From positions 1,408,001 through 1,472,000 of the forward strand of contig OZ243927.1 in assembly GCA_965213925.1 (NCBI GenBank): 64,000 bases of DNA. The letters run 5' to 3'. This document shows, piece after piece, positions 49,376 to 59,824 of this stretch (positions within the stretch are counted from its first letter, which is position 1; each line of letters opens with the position of its first letter). The DNA comes from Trueperaceae bacterium (GTDB lineage Bacteria > Deinococcota > Deinococci > Deinococcales > Trueperaceae). The notes beneath the pieces were generated by a model. The model ran no database searches. It was not told where the DNA came from and worked only from the letters and a program-made list of their open reading frames with translations. A program made the translations under genes and the position numbers.

Positions 49376-50236
49376 ATGTTTTTCCATGTCAAAAAGTTGC
49401 AGTTTGGAGCCGAACCGAGCCGTCCGGACCCGCTTTTAGCTAAGAAGATGCAAGAACTCATCGGCGGACCCTACGGCGAGATGAGCGTGGCGATGCAGTA
49501 CATGTTTCAGGGCTGGAACTGCCGCGCGAGCAAAAAGTACCAGGACATGATCATGGACATCGGTGCGGAGGAGATGTCGCACGTGGAGATGCTTTCAGTC
49601 ATGGTCTCGAAGCTCTTGGACGGCGCACCCCTCAACCCGGACGAGGCGAACTCGGTGATGCCGGGCGTGTCGCCTGCGCAAGCCGCCGCGATGAACCCCA
49701 AGCACGTCATCGCCAGCGGTACGGGCGCGATGCCCGCGGACAGCGTCGGCTACCCGTGGAACGGTAACTACATCATCGCCAGCGGCAACCTCTTGGCGGA
49801 CTTTAGAGCCAACGTCGCTGCCGAGTCGCAGGGGCGCTTGCAGGCGATTCGCATCTACGAATCCACTGACGACGAGGGCGTCAAGAAGCTCTTAGAGTTC
49901 ATGATCGCCCGCGACACCATGCACCAAAACCAGTGGCTCGCCGCGATTGAGGAGTTGCAGAAGGACGGCTTGGAAGAGGTCATCGCGCCCTCGAACTTCG
50001 ACCGGAGCCGCGAAAACCAGGACGTGAGCTACCAGTACTGGAACCTTTCAGAAGGCAACGACTCCCGCCAGGGTGCGTGGGCACAGGGAACTGCACCGGA
50101 CGGCAAAGGGACCTTCGAGTACCTGGAGAACCCCCAGCCGCTAGGCGAGCAGGCGGAGCCGCTGCCAGCGGGCGACGACCGATTGCACAACACGGGTATG
50201 GCGAACGCGACACAGGGCGTGCCGGGGGACGACTGA
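49376..50236 (+). CDS. Manganese catalase
   Basis: QELIGGPYGEM..AMQY, DIGAEEMSHVEM, N.AAE, ARDTMHQ; ATG 49376 after GGAG. Confidence 0.94.
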   Translation: MFFHVKKLQFGAEPSRPDPLLAKKMQELIGGPYGEMSVAMQYMFQGWNCRASKKYQDMIMDIGAEEMSHVEMLSVMVSKLLDGAPLNPDEANSVMPGVSPAQAAAMNPKHVIASGTGAMPADSVGYPWNGNYIIASGNLLADFRANVAAESQGRLQAIRIYESTDDEGVKKLLEFMIARDTMHQNQWLAAIEELQKDGLEEVIAPSNFDRSRENQDVSYQYWNLSEGNDSRQGAWAQGTAPDGKGTFEYLENPQPLGEQAEPLPAGDDRLHNTGMANATQGVPGDD

Positions 50237-50352
50237 GAGCAGACAAGAAATTCGAAGCTAAGTTGGAACCGAGTAGAGGGAGGTCTCGAGACCCTTCGCA
50301 GCCTCGAGACCTCCACTAAGAACTTCTGCAAAAGACCCCATAAGGAGATGAG

Positions 50353-51561
50353 ATGAAAGCAGTTGTATTCCACGGCGTCGGTGACATCCGTTTAGACGAC
50401 GTACCCGACCCGCAGATTCAAGACCCCAACGACGCGGTGGTACGCCTCACCGCGAGCGCGATTTGCGGCACCGACTTACACATGATTCGCGGCACGATGG
50501 CGGGCATGAAGCCCGGCACGATTCTCGGGCATGAGGGCGTCGGCGTGGTCGAAGAGGTCGGCGAGGACGTGCGCAACTTCCGCCCCGGCGACCGCGTGGT
50601 GATTCCCTCGACCATCGGCTGCGGGAGCTGCGTCTACTGCCGCGACGGGTACTACGCCCAGTGCGACAACGCCAACCCGAACGGCAAGCTCGCGGGCACC
50701 GCCTTTTTCGGCGGACCGGAGAGCACCGGACCCTTCGACGGGCTGCAAGCGGAAAAGGTGCGCGTGCCCTTCGCGAACGTCGGACTCGTCAAAGTTCCCG
50801 ACAACGTCGCCGACGAACAAGCCATCCTCATTTCGGACGTCTTCCCGACGGGTTATCAGGGCGCGGATATGGCAGACATTGAGGCGGGCGACACGGTGGC
50901 GGTTTTCGGCTGCGGCGCGGTGGGGCTCTTTGCGATTCTGAGCGCCAAGATGTTGGGCGCGGGGCGCGTCTTTGCGGTGGACAGGTTAGAAGACAGGCTC
51001 GAGATGGCGCGCAACTTAGGCGCGGAAGCCGTCAACTTCGAACAAGAAGACCCCGTAGAAACCCTGCGCCGCTTGACGGGTGGCAGCGGTCCCGACCGCA
51101 TCATTGACGCGGTGGGCGTAGACGCCGAGCACGCCGAGCAGGGTCCGGCGACGCCGAGCGGCAGCGAGGACGAAGGGTTCGACCAAGAGGTCTCGCAGGT
51201 CGCACCGGAGCAAAACCCGGACGGCGAGCTGTGGGTGCCGGGGAGCGCACCTTCGCAGGCGCTCGAGTGGTGCGTCCAAGCACTCGCCAAAGCGGGCACC
51301 TTGTCTATCATCGGCGTCTACCCGCCCAACATGGAGAGCTTCCCCATCGGTCAAGCGATGCAGAAAAACATCACCATGAAGATGGGCAACTGCAACCACC
51401 GCAAATACATCCCGATGCTCTTGGGTCTTACCGCCTCGGGCGCGGTGGACCCCGTGAAGGTCCTGACTCAGATGGAGCCGACGCAAAATGCGATAGACGC
51501 TTACAAAGTGTTTGATGAGCGGCAGCCCGGCTGGATCAAGGTGGAGCTGGAAACGGCGTAG
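50353..51561 (+). CDS. Zn-dependent alcohol/formaldehyde dehydrogenase
   Basis: ICGTDLH, GHEGVG, CGSCVYC..C, SDVFPTG, GCGAVG. Confidence 0.93.
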   Translation: MKAVVFHGVGDIRLDDVPDPQIQDPNDAVVRLTASAICGTDLHMIRGTMAGMKPGTILGHEGVGVVEEVGEDVRNFRPGDRVVIPSTIGCGSCVYCRDGYYAQCDNANPNGKLAGTAFFGGPESTGPFDGLQAEKVRVPFANVGLVKVPDNVADEQAILISDVFPTGYQGADMADIEAGDTVAVFGCGAVGLFAILSAKMLGAGRVFAVDRLEDRLEMARNLGAEAVNFEQEDPVETLRRLTGGSGPDRIIDAVGVDAEHAEQGPATPSGSEDEGFDQEVSQVAPEQNPDGELWVPGSAPSQALEWCVQALAKAGTLSIIGVYPPNMESFPIGQAMQKNITMKMGNCNHRKYIPMLLGLTASGAVDPVKVLTQMEPTQNAIDAYKVFDERQPGWIKVELETA

Positions 51562-51998
51562 CCTCACACTGTTTTGTGAACGCGCTGCTCGAGAGGGCGG
51601 CGCGTTCTCACTGTCAAAGGAAGGGTTACGCAAGTTCCGGGACAAACCCAGCGACCGAACAGCGATCTCATCGAGCGAACAAGCCTATCCTTATCGCCAT
51701 AGATGTCGCCGCCTGCGCTCGTCCTTAATGTAGTGTGAGGGGCGGTGCTGCCCCTCCCCGAGCGCGCCAGACGGTGATGGCGGGGCAGCGACTTATCACC
51801 TCGCTCGCCTTCCCTTAAATCCTGAACCCGCGCGCGTTTGTGCGCACTTGCGCTCGAGGGGGCTAACACGCTACTATTACAAGGTTGTGCCAGCGGCCCA
51901 CGCTAGATGTGGACTTCGCCTAAAGGTAACCTCAGAACTATTTATATTTTCTATCCCAGCAAGCACTATTTAAGCCAATATACTTAAAGGAGGAAGGC

Positions 51999-52412
51999 AT
52001 GAAATACAATAAAGGCGCGATTTTGCGCTCGATCGAACAGCCTTACTTGCGCGACGACATCCCCGAATTCGACACGGGCGATACCGTGCGCGTCAACTAC
52101 AAGGTCTCGGAAGGCAACCGCACCCGCGTTCAGGCGTTTGAAGGCGTCGCCATCGCGCGTCAGAACGGTAAAAAAGGCGCGCGCGCGTCGTTCACCGTGC
52201 GCAAAGTGAGCTTCGGCGAAGGCGTCGAGCGCGTTTTTCCGCTGCACTCGCCGCTGATCGACTCCGTCGAGATCGTTCGTCGCGGGCGTACCCGCCGCGC
52301 GAAGCTCTACTACCTGCGTGAGTTGCGCGGCAAAGCGGCGCGTCTCAAGACGGACGTGAGCCGCCAGGAAGAGGACCGCGCGGCGGCGCGGGCGGCGCGC
52401 GGCGCTAAGTAA
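51999..52412 (+). CDS. rplS: 50S ribosomal protein L19
   Basis: [34 protein letters not shown]. Confidence 0.98.
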   Translation: MKYNKGAILRSIEQPYLRDDIPEFDTGDTVRVNYKVSEGNRTRVQAFEGVAIARQNGKKGARASFTVRKVSFGEGVERVFPLHSPLIDSVEIVRRGRTRRAKLYYLRELRGKAARLKTDVSRQEEDRAAARAARGAK

Positions 52413-52441
52413 GCGTTGCACGCGTTTTGGCTGCGCCACGC

Positions 52442-52471
52442 TTGACAGGCGCGCGCTAAAGACGCTAAACT
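52442..52471 (+). promoter_or_regulatory. Sigma70-type promoter for tRNA-Ala
   Basis: TTGACA-18 bp-TAAACT. Confidence 0.65.
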
Positions 52472-52500
52472 AGCTGTTGCTGCTCTTTAAGCGGCGACGC

Positions 52501-52576
<76 letters not shown>

Positions 52577-52825
52577 CGCAGCAGGTATCATCTGGACACA
52601 GACGCTCCTACTCGAGAAGCCTCGATGAGCACGCACGTTGAAAGATGATACTTGCGCTATTTACGCTCAGTTGTTGTAGTGAACGCTGTAAGCCCGTTTA
52701 GCGGGCAAGTCCTGGGCGTCGTTCGGAAGCAGATTTCGACAACGTATCCAGGATTTATATTTGATACTAGTGGAACAATACGCTGTTCTTTGTGGTAAGG
52801 CGCAGTAGAGCAGTTGGAGGTTGAG

Positions 52826-53131
52826 ATGTTCGCAATTATTCAAAGTGGCGGCAAACAGTACCGCGTGGCGGAAGGGGACGTGCTGAAGCTCGAGTCCCTT
52901 AAAGCCGAGCCTGGCGATACCGTCGAGTTGCCCGTTATGATGTTGGGCGGCGACGAAGTCAAGGTCGGCGCACCCTTAGTGGACGGCGCTAACGTCAAGG
53001 CCGAGGTCGTCTCGCACGGACGCGGCAAGAAAATCTATATCTATAAGTTCAAGGCGAAGGCGAACTACCGCCGCAAAAACGGTCACCGCCAGCCTTACAC
53101 CGAAGTTCGCATCAGCGAGATTTCAGGCTAA
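52826..53131 (+). CDS. rplU: 50S ribosomal protein L21
   Basis: [21 protein letters not shown]. Confidence 0.98.
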   Translation: MFAIIQSGGKQYRVAEGDVLKLESLKAEPGDTVELPVMMLGGDEVKVGAPLVDGANVKAEVVSHGRGKKIYIYKFKAKANYRRKNGHRQPYTEVRISEISG

Positions 53132-53149
53132 GTCCGTTAGGAGGACAAA

Positions 53150-53428
53150 ATGGCACATAAGAAGGGTGTAGGCAGTTCTAAAAACGGACGCGACAGCGAG
53201 TCGAAGCGTTTAGGCGTGAAGCGTTTCGAAGGTCAAGTTGTTCTCGCAGGTAACATTTTGGTGCGTCAGCGTGGCACGAAGTTCAAGCCTGGTAAGAATG
53301 TTGGGCAAGGCAACGACTTCACGCTCTTTGCGATGCGTGATGGTGTCGTGAAGTTCCACAACAAAGGCTCCAAAGGGCGCTTTATCAGCATCGAGAGCCA
53401 AGATTCAACCGCTATCGCAGCGGACTAA
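53150..53428 (+). CDS. rpmA: 50S ribosomal protein L27
   Basis: [21 protein letters not shown]. Confidence 0.98.
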   Translation: MAHKKGVGSSKNGRDSESKRLGVKRFEGQVVLAGNILVRQRGTKFKPGKNVGQGNDFTLFAMRDGVVKFHNKGSKGRFISIESQDSTAIAAD

Positions 53429-53445
53429 GAGAATTGCGAATACGA

Positions 53446-53475
53446 GGACGCGAGGGTCAACCTCGCGTCTTTTTT
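53446..53475 (+). terminator. Intrinsic terminator
   Basis: GACGCGAGG-gtcaa-CCTCGCGTC followed by TTTTTT. Confidence 0.8.
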
Positions 53476-53508
53476 CTGCTTAAAAGGTAGATAGAAGAGG
53501 GTTATGTC

Positions 53509-54795
53509 ATGGCACTACGAGACGTTCTCGACATCACAGTTCAAGGGGGCAAGGGCGGTGACGGCGGTATGTCGTTTTTGCGTCTTAAATATGTGCCTAA
53601 AGGTGGACCCGACGGCGGGCATGGCGGGGACGGCGGGAGTGTGTACTTAGAGGCCGTCGATGACGTGTCCTCTTTAGAACGCATGGTCGGGCAGCGGCTC
53701 TATAAAGCGCAAACGGGTGGACAGGGCGAGGGACGTAACCGAGCGGGCGCGAAGGGTGAAGACATCACGCTCAAGGTTCCTGTCGGCACGCTAGCGACCG
53801 ACTTGGATACAGGCGACGTGCTCGCGGACCTCTTAGAGGTCGGGCAGCGCGCGCTCGTCGCGCAAGGCGGACTCGGCGGACGCGGCAATACCTCGTTCGC
53901 GACGGCGCGTCGGCAAGCGCCACGTTTTGCGGAATTTGGCACCAAAGGGGAGAAGCGGCGCGTCAGGCTCGAGCTGCGCACGATCGCCGACATCGGTTTG
54001 GTGGGCTACCCGAACGCGGGTAAGTCGAGTTTGTTAGCCGCACTCTCCAACGCCAAGCCGCAGATTGCCTCGTATCCTTTCACGACGCTGAGCCCAAACT
54101 TAGGTATCGTCGAGCGCGGGCACGAGCGTTTTACTTTGGCGGATATCCCCGGTATCATCGAAGACGCGCATAAGGGCAAAGGGCTAGGGCTGGAGTTTTT
54201 GCGGCACATCTCGAGGACGCGCTTGCTCGTCTTTGTCCTTGACATCGCCGAGTCACCCGCCGACAATTTAGAGGCGCTCCGGCGCGAGCTGCGCGAGTAT
54301 GACCCGCTCCTTTTAGACCTGCCCGCGCTCGTCGTGCTGAACAAGACGGACCTTGCGGCTGAAGAGGAGGTGGAGGAGATTATTGCTACCTTGACGCCCT
54401 TCGGACTACCCGTGTTGGCGGTGTCGGCGCTGGAAGCGCAAAACTTAGACGCCTTGCGGCAGAGCCTTTTCGACCTGCTGCCGCAGCGTTCGGAAATCGC
54501 GCCGATCAGCTCTACACCCACGAAAGTCGTGGTGGACCCCGTACGCGTTGTACAAGAGGACGGGCTTTGGCGCGTTACGGGCTCTGAAATCGAGGCCGTC
54601 ATCTCGCGCTTTAGCCCGACGAACCCCGAAGCGGTCGCCTACTTGCAGCACCACTTCGCCTCGTTGGGCGTCAACAAGCTGCTCAAACGAGCGGGCGCGC
54701 AAGACGGCGACGATGTGGCGATAGGCGACGCTGTTTTTGAGTACTTTGACGAAGATAAAACGAGGGGTGCAGGCGTACAAAACGAGGTAAGCTAA
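53509..54795 (+). CDS. obgE: GTPase ObgE/CgtA
   Basis: Gly-rich N-domain, [22 protein letters not shown]-terminal OCT domain. Confidence 0.97.
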   Translation: MALRDVLDITVQGGKGGDGGMSFLRLKYVPKGGPDGGHGGDGGSVYLEAVDDVSSLERMVGQRLYKAQTGGQGEGRNRAGAKGEDITLKVPVGTLATDLDTGDVLADLLEVGQRALVAQGGLGGRGNTSFATARRQAPRFAEFGTKGEKRRVRLELRTIADIGLVGYPNAGKSSLLAALSNAKPQIASYPFTTLSPNLGIVERGHERFTLADIPGIIEDAHKGKGLGLEFLRHISRTRLLVFVLDIAESPADNLEALRRELREYDPLLLDLPALVVLNKTDLAAEEEVEEIIATLTPFGLPVLAVSALEAQNLDALRQSLFDLLPQRSEIAPISSTPTKVVVDPVRVVQEDGLWRVTGSEIEAVISRFSPTNPEAVAYLQHHFASLGVNKLLKRAGAQDGDDVAIGDAVFEYFDEDKTRGAGVQNEVS

Positions 54796-54897
54796 GTACT
54801 GTGATACTTGCACCCATATCCCCTCCCTCAAAGGGGTACACTCCTGCGGTGAGGGTCGTTGCGGGGATTAAAGGGTGAGGTTTCGCATGGTGATGAA

Positions 54898-55491
54898 GTG
54901 AGGCTTGGGCTCTTCGGTGGACGCTTCGACCCGGTGCACGCCGGTCACCTCATGGTGGCGCAGTGCGCGCTAGAGTCGCTGGAACTCGGCGAGCTGTGGT
55001 TCATTCCCGCCAAGACGCCGCCTCACAAAGAGGCTGCCGCCGCCCCCGAGAAGCGCTTCGAAATGCTCCTACTCGCCACCAACGCGCATCCTCAGTTTCG
55101 CGTGAGCCGCTTAGAAACCGGGCGTACAGGCGCGTCTTACACCTTCGACACGGTGCGTGAGGTTCGCGCCCAACGACCTGAAGACGAGCTTTTCTTTATC
55201 ACAGGCGTAGACGCCTACGCTGAGATTGCCAGTTGGTACCGCGCCCGCGAGCTTGTTTCTTCGGTTTCAATGGTTGCGCTGAACCGCCCCAGCTATTCGC
55301 TTGGTAAGGTCGAACCCTATTTTAAGGAGAGAGTCCGCCTTTTAGACACGCCGCGGTGGGAGGTCTCGAGTACCGAGATTCGCCGCCGCCTAGCCAACGG
55401 CGAGAGCGTTCGTTATCTTGTCCCCCAACCCGTGGAGAACTACCTTGCAAAAAACCCTCTTTACCATGAACAGCCCCTGCACCAGAAGTAG
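54898..55491 (+). CDS. nadD: Nicotinate-nucleotide adenylyltransferase
   Basis: GGRFDPVHAGH, PPHK, SYTFDT, SSTEIR; start uncertain (54859 or 54898). Confidence 0.93.
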   Translation: MRLGLFGGRFDPVHAGHLMVAQCALESLELGELWFIPAKTPPHKEAAAAPEKRFEMLLLATNAHPQFRVSRLETGRTGASYTFDTVREVRAQRPEDELFFITGVDAYAEIASWYRARELVSSVSMVALNRPSYSLGKVEPYFKERVRLLDTPRWEVSSTEIRRRLANGESVRYLVPQPVENYLAKNPLYHEQPLHQK

Positions 55492-56038
55492 CGTGCAGCC
55501 CTACTGCGCGCGCGTCAAAGAGATGGTCAGCGCGAAGCGTTTCGAGCACATCATCCGCGTCGCTGTCCTCGCGGAGACGATCGCGAGGGCGAACGACTTT
55601 TCTGAAGATGAACTTCGGGCGACGAGCCTCGCGGCGACGCTTCACGACGTCGCGAGAGACCTTCCCCCGGACAAGATGTTCGCGCTCGCGCCCCCCGAAA
55701 CGGAGTTGGAGCGAAAGCATCCCTTAGCCGTACACGGGCGCGCGGGCAGGCGCATCATCGAAGGCTGGGGCGTGAACGACGCGCGCGTGCTCGACTCGGT
55801 CGAGGGGCACGTCTTCGGCGTCTCCCACGATAACCGCATCGGCATGGCGGTCTACATCGCCGACGTGTCCGAGCCGGGGCGCGGCGTCAACGCCGACATC
55901 CGCGAGTTAGCCATGCACAACCTCTTCCGGGCGTACCAGCGGGCGGTCAACTCCAAAGTGAATTACCTGCGCTCGAGGGGCAAAGCGGTTCATCCCGCTA
56001 CGATGAAGGTCTATAGGGAGATATGCGGTTCAGCTTAG
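55466..56038 (+). CDS. yqeK: YqeK HD-domain Ap4A hydrolase
   Basis: RFEH..RV, LHD.A, HG, YIAD..EPGR; follows nadD. Confidence 0.9.
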   Translation: MNSPCTRSSVQPYCARVKEMVSAKRFEHIIRVAVLAETIARANDFSEDELRATSLAATLHDVARDLPPDKMFALAPPETELERKHPLAVHGRAGRRIIEGWGVNDARVLDSVEGHVFGVSHDNRIGMAVYIADVSEPGRGVNADIRELAMHNLFRAYQRAVNSKVNYLRSRGKAVHPATMKVYREICGSA

Positions 56039-56083
56039 AGTTGATCAGCTCAGGGTTTGTACGAGGGGACGAAGCGGAAGCGC

Positions 56084-57358
56084 GTGCGTAACTTTAGCCG
56101 TTTCATCCAGGTGCTCGGCATTTTGATAGGGCTCGGCGGTGTCGCAGGTTTCTGGCTCACCCAGGACGTGCAGCGCACCATCTTGAGCGAAGAGCAAGCC
56201 GACCTCATCAACCCGAACAGCGAAGCGTTCCAAGCGAGCTTCGTGGTGGCTGGTCGCGACTACGACTACGAGCCAGCCGGCCCGATGGTCTGGAAAGATG
56301 GCAAGCTGCAGCGCTCGTATACAACAGAAGCGGAGCTGGGCTTTCGCACGGATACGATTATTTACGTCAATATTGTCGGCAACGACGTCTACATGGTCAA
56401 CATTCCTAGAGATCTCTACTTGCACGACTATGACGTCGGCATCAACGGTATCTACCAATATGGACCTGAAATTTTCGGTGGTATGAACCGCGCCGAGCAC
56501 GTGCGCAGAGCGGTTTCGGAACTGCTGGGCGTGCCGGTGGACTACTACGCGGTTATCAACATCGACATCTTCGAGAAGCTCGTAGACGCGGTTGGCGGCG
56601 TCGACTTAGACGTGCCCTATAGAATGTACTGGCAGGACCAAGCAGGCGGGCTCGACATCGATCTGCAACCGGGCTTTCAGCATCTAAATGGCGAGCAGGC
56701 GTCCGGGTTTATCCGCTACCGCCAAACCTTGCGCGGCGATATCGACCGAATCGACAACGTGAAAACGCTGGCAAGAGCGATGCTCGCCAAGCTCAAAGCG
56801 CAGAACGTGCGCGCGGTCGGCACGCTGCCTAAGTTGGTTGAGACGTACCTCGAGGAGGTCGACACCAACGTCAGCCCGGCACTGGTTTCAAAGCTCGTTC
56901 CCCGCCTCCCCAACCTAGAAATCGACGCCGCCACCTTGCCCATCAACGACGTCGAGGGCAGCGGACGTTACGTCGAAACGGACCGTCAGCGTACCGAGGC
57001 CTTTCTGGCGGATTTCTTCGGCGGCGAAGCGCGTAAGCTTACCCAAGCGCCTGAAGCGAGCGTGCGCATCTCGAACCGGAGCGGCGTACCCTCTTTGGCG
57101 GCGGAGGCGAAGCGCATCCTCGTGGGGTTGGGCATTCCGGAGGAACAGCTCAGCGTGGGGGAGGCTCCCCCTGTCGTTTCGTCACAGATTGTGACCACCG
57201 GACGCACGCTCAGCGCCGCAAGTTATTATGCCGACCTCACGGGGTTAGGCGTCCAGCAGATCGACCGCTTTGAACGCAGTGTTGACGCAGATATTGAGGT
57301 CGTTTTAGGTCAGGACGCCCGGGAGTTTTTCTACGCGCAGTTGGCGCAAGCGCCGTGA
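56084..57358 (+). CDS. LCP (LytR-CpsA-Psr) family protein
   Basis: RTDTI, IPRD, VDAVGGV, LNGEQA..FIRYR..GDIDR; start uncertain (56057 or 56084). Confidence 0.92.
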   Translation: MRNFSRFIQVLGILIGLGGVAGFWLTQDVQRTILSEEQADLINPNSEAFQASFVVAGRDYDYEPAGPMVWKDGKLQRSYTTEAELGFRTDTIIYVNIVGNDVYMVNIPRDLYLHDYDVGINGIYQYGPEIFGGMNRAEHVRRAVSELLGVPVDYYAVINIDIFEKLVDAVGGVDLDVPYRMYWQDQAGGLDIDLQPGFQHLNGEQASGFIRYRQTLRGDIDRIDNVKTLARAMLAKLKAQNVRAVGTLPKLVETYLEEVDTNVSPALVSKLVPRLPNLEIDAATLPINDVEGSGRYVETDRQRTEAFLADFFGGEARKLTQAPEASVRISNRSGVPSLAAEAKRILVGLGIPEEQLSVGEAPPVVSSQIVTTGRTLSAASYYADLTGLGVQQIDRFERSVDADIEVVLGQDAREFFYAQLAQAP

Positions 57359-57472
57359 ATAAACGGTGAAGAGGTCCCGTGAAGAGGTAACCTTAAAACG
57401 CTTCTTTACAGGTTATGTTAGGGATAAGAAAAGGTTGATTAGAGCAGCGACACTCATGAGGAGGCAGTCAAG

Positions 57473-57865
57473 ATAGATACCGAACACGTTACACATCAAG
57501 CGAGTACAACCAACATTAGTACCGAAATTCCCCGCGAAGTCCAACTCATCGTGGACGCTTTGGACGATAAACGCGCCAAAGACATCGTCGTGATGGATTT
57601 GAGCACCGCTTCAGAAACACTCGACTACTTTATCGTCGCGTCGGGCGAGTCGGGCTTGCAGCTTAAAGCAATGGAAGACGGCGTCAAAGAGGCGCTCAAA
57701 GGGGCGGGCACGATGCCTAAGGCGGTAGAGGGCCCTTCGGGACGCTGGGTTCTGATGGACTACGGCTACATCACCGTGCACATTATGAGCCCGGACGCAC
57801 GGGAGTTTTACGACCTAGAAGGACTTTGGGCGGACGCGGAACGGCTCGAGATTGAACCCACCTAA
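57473..57865 (+). CDS. rsfS: Ribosome silencing factor RsfS; probable ATA start (first canonical start is GTG 57551)
   Basis: DKRAKDIVVMD, WVLMDYG..VH..REFYDLEGLW; in-frame ATA 8 nt after GAGGAGG. Confidence 0.88.
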   Translation: MDTEHVTHQASTTNISTEIPREVQLIVDALDDKRAKDIVVMDLSTASETLDYFIVASGESGLQLKAMEDGVKEALKGAGTMPKAVEGPSGRWVLMDYGYITVHIMSPDAREFYDLEGLWADAERLEIEPT

Positions 57866-57878
57866 TTTATCTCTGTAA

Positions 57879-58220
57879 GTGGCGAGGCATTGGTCAGAAG
57901 AGGTCGCGCGGCGCTACTTAGAAAATGAGGGGTACGAGGTCTTAGAGACCAACTATACCTGTCGCCGAGGCGAGGTGGACCTCATCGTGCAAGAGGGCGA
58001 GGTCCTCGTCTTTGTCGAGGTCAAGCAGCGGAAAAGTACGCTGTACGGCACGCCCGCGGACGCCATCAGCCCTGCAAAAGTCGCCAAACTGCGCCACACT
58101 GCTCTGCATTACCTCATAGAAACACACGGACGTGACGACCTTCCGCTTCGTTTTGACGCCGTTCTTCTCACGGGTACGGACAAGAGATACAGTTTAGAGC
58201 ACCTTAAAGCGGTGTTTTGA
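57879..58220 (+). CDS. yraN: YraN family protein
   Basis: NY.CRRGEVDLI, FVEVKQR, RFDAV. Confidence 0.92.
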   Translation: MARHWSEEVARRYLENEGYEVLETNYTCRRGEVDLIVQEGEVLVFVEVKQRKSTLYGTPADAISPAKVAKLRHTALHYLIETHGRDDLPLRFDAVLLTGTDKRYSLEHLKAVF

Positions 58221-58254
58221 GGGGTCCGCCGCGCGGTTGTGGCATACTAGAGCG

Positions 58255-59823
58255 GTGAGCAAACAGAAGAAGGATAAAACGTCGGAGAAATCCTCAACTT
58301 CAGAGAAGAAGCACGTGGCGGTTATCGACCTCGGCTCGAACACGAGCAAGCTGGTACTCATGGAGTACGAGCCGGGGCGCTCCTACCGCCAGCTCGACGA
58401 AATCCGCCAACTGGTACGTTTAGCCGAAGGGATGGGCAAAGCCGACGTGCTGCGCGTGGACGCCGCGAAGCGGGCGATGCAGGCGCTCACGACCTTCGAT
58501 TCCTACTGCAAGGCGATAGGCGTGGAAGACATCTGCATCACCGCCACGAGCGCCGTGCGCGAGGCGACAAACGGCGAGAGCTTTTTGGACGAGGTCAGGA
58601 GCCGCACCGACTTAGAGCCGCGCATCTTATCCGATGAAGAGGAAGCCTATTACGAAGCCGTCGCCGCCGCGAACAGCCTCCCTTTCGACGACGCCTACAT
58701 CTTCGATATCGGCGGAGGTAGCGCCGAATTCAGCAAAATAGAGAAACGCAAGATGGTTCAAGCGAACTCCTACACCATCGGCGCACTGCGCATGACCGAG
58801 CAGTTTCTGACTTCCGACCCACCCAAAAAGAAAGAGGTCAAGGCGCTGAGGAGCCACATTCAGGACTTGATGGGCGACTTTAAGGACTGCGCCGAAGAGG
58901 TGCCCCTCATCGGCATGGGCGGCACCCTGCGTAACCTCGCCAAAATTCAAATCGACCGCGACGACCACTCCGGCGACCTCGTGCACCACTACGTCCTCAG
59001 CAAAGACGACCTAGAAGACATCACCGAAGACCTCTTGGACATGGAGGTCGAGGAGATAAGGGACGACGTGTCGGGGCTTAAAAGCGATCGCGCGGACATC
59101 ATCGCGGCGGGCGCGGTGACGGCTTTAGAGGTGCTCAACATCACAGGCGCGTCCAGCTACGTCATCTGCGACCAAGGCTTGCGCGAGGGGCTCTTCTACG
59201 GCTACCTCTTGGACAGAGACCCACCGCTTTTCGAGAGCGCCGAAGAACTCCGCGACTTTAGCGTGCGCAACCTGGAGCGGCTCTACTACGACAACGAGCC
59301 GCACAACGACCACGTCGAGCACCTCGCCCTGAACCTCTTCGACCAGCTTACCGAGCTGCACGGTTACGGCGACGCCGAAAGGCAGCTCCTCTCAGCGGGG
59401 GCGCGGCTACACGACATCGGCATGGCGATCACCTACAACGACCACGAGGAGCACGGTTTATACATCCTCATGAACCACACGTTGCCGGGGTTCGACCAGC
59501 GCGAGCAGGGGCTCATCGCCCTCTTAGTGCGCTACCACCGCGACGACGACTCGCCCGAGGACGAAGGGCTGGACGACCTCTTAAAAGACGGCGACATGGA
59601 ATGCCTCGCCAAACTCGCGGCGCTGCTGCGCTTAGCGGAATATTTAGAACGCTCTAAGGCGCAGAACGTGAAAGAGGTCAAGTGTCACATTGGGGAGGGA
59701 TACGTGCAAATCGAGGCGCTCTCCGACACGGACGTCACGATTGAGGTGCAGGAGGCGAACTTGCGCAGTGAGCTATTTGCGGAGGCGTACGGGGTCGAGG
59801 TGGAGATCGTGCAACGGTTTTAA
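58255..59823 (+). CDS. ppx: Ppx/GppA exopolyphosphatase
   Basis: IDLGSN, ATSAVREA, DIGGGS.E, GGTLR, GLREG, LHDIG. Confidence 0.94.
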   Translation: MSKQKKDKTSEKSSTSEKKHVAVIDLGSNTSKLVLMEYEPGRSYRQLDEIRQLVRLAEGMGKADVLRVDAAKRAMQALTTFDSYCKAIGVEDICITATSAVREATNGESFLDEVRSRTDLEPRILSDEEEAYYEAVAAANSLPFDDAYIFDIGGGSAEFSKIEKRKMVQANSYTIGALRMTEQFLTSDPPKKKEVKALRSHIQDLMGDFKDCAEEVPLIGMGGTLRNLAKIQIDRDDHSGDLVHHYVLSKDDLEDITEDLLDMEVEEIRDDVSGLKSDRADIIAAGAVTALEVLNITGASSYVICDQGLREGLFYGYLLDRDPPLFESAEELRDFSVRNLERLYYDNEPHNDHVEHLALNLFDQLTELHGYGDAERQLLSAGARLHDIGMAITYNDHEEHGLYILMNHTLPGFDQREQGLIALLVRYHRDDDSPEDEGLDDLLKDGDMECLAKLAALLRLAEYLERSKAQNVKEVKCHIGEGYVQIEALSDTDVTIEVQEANLRSELFAEAYGVEVEIVQRF

Positions 59824-59824
59824 C

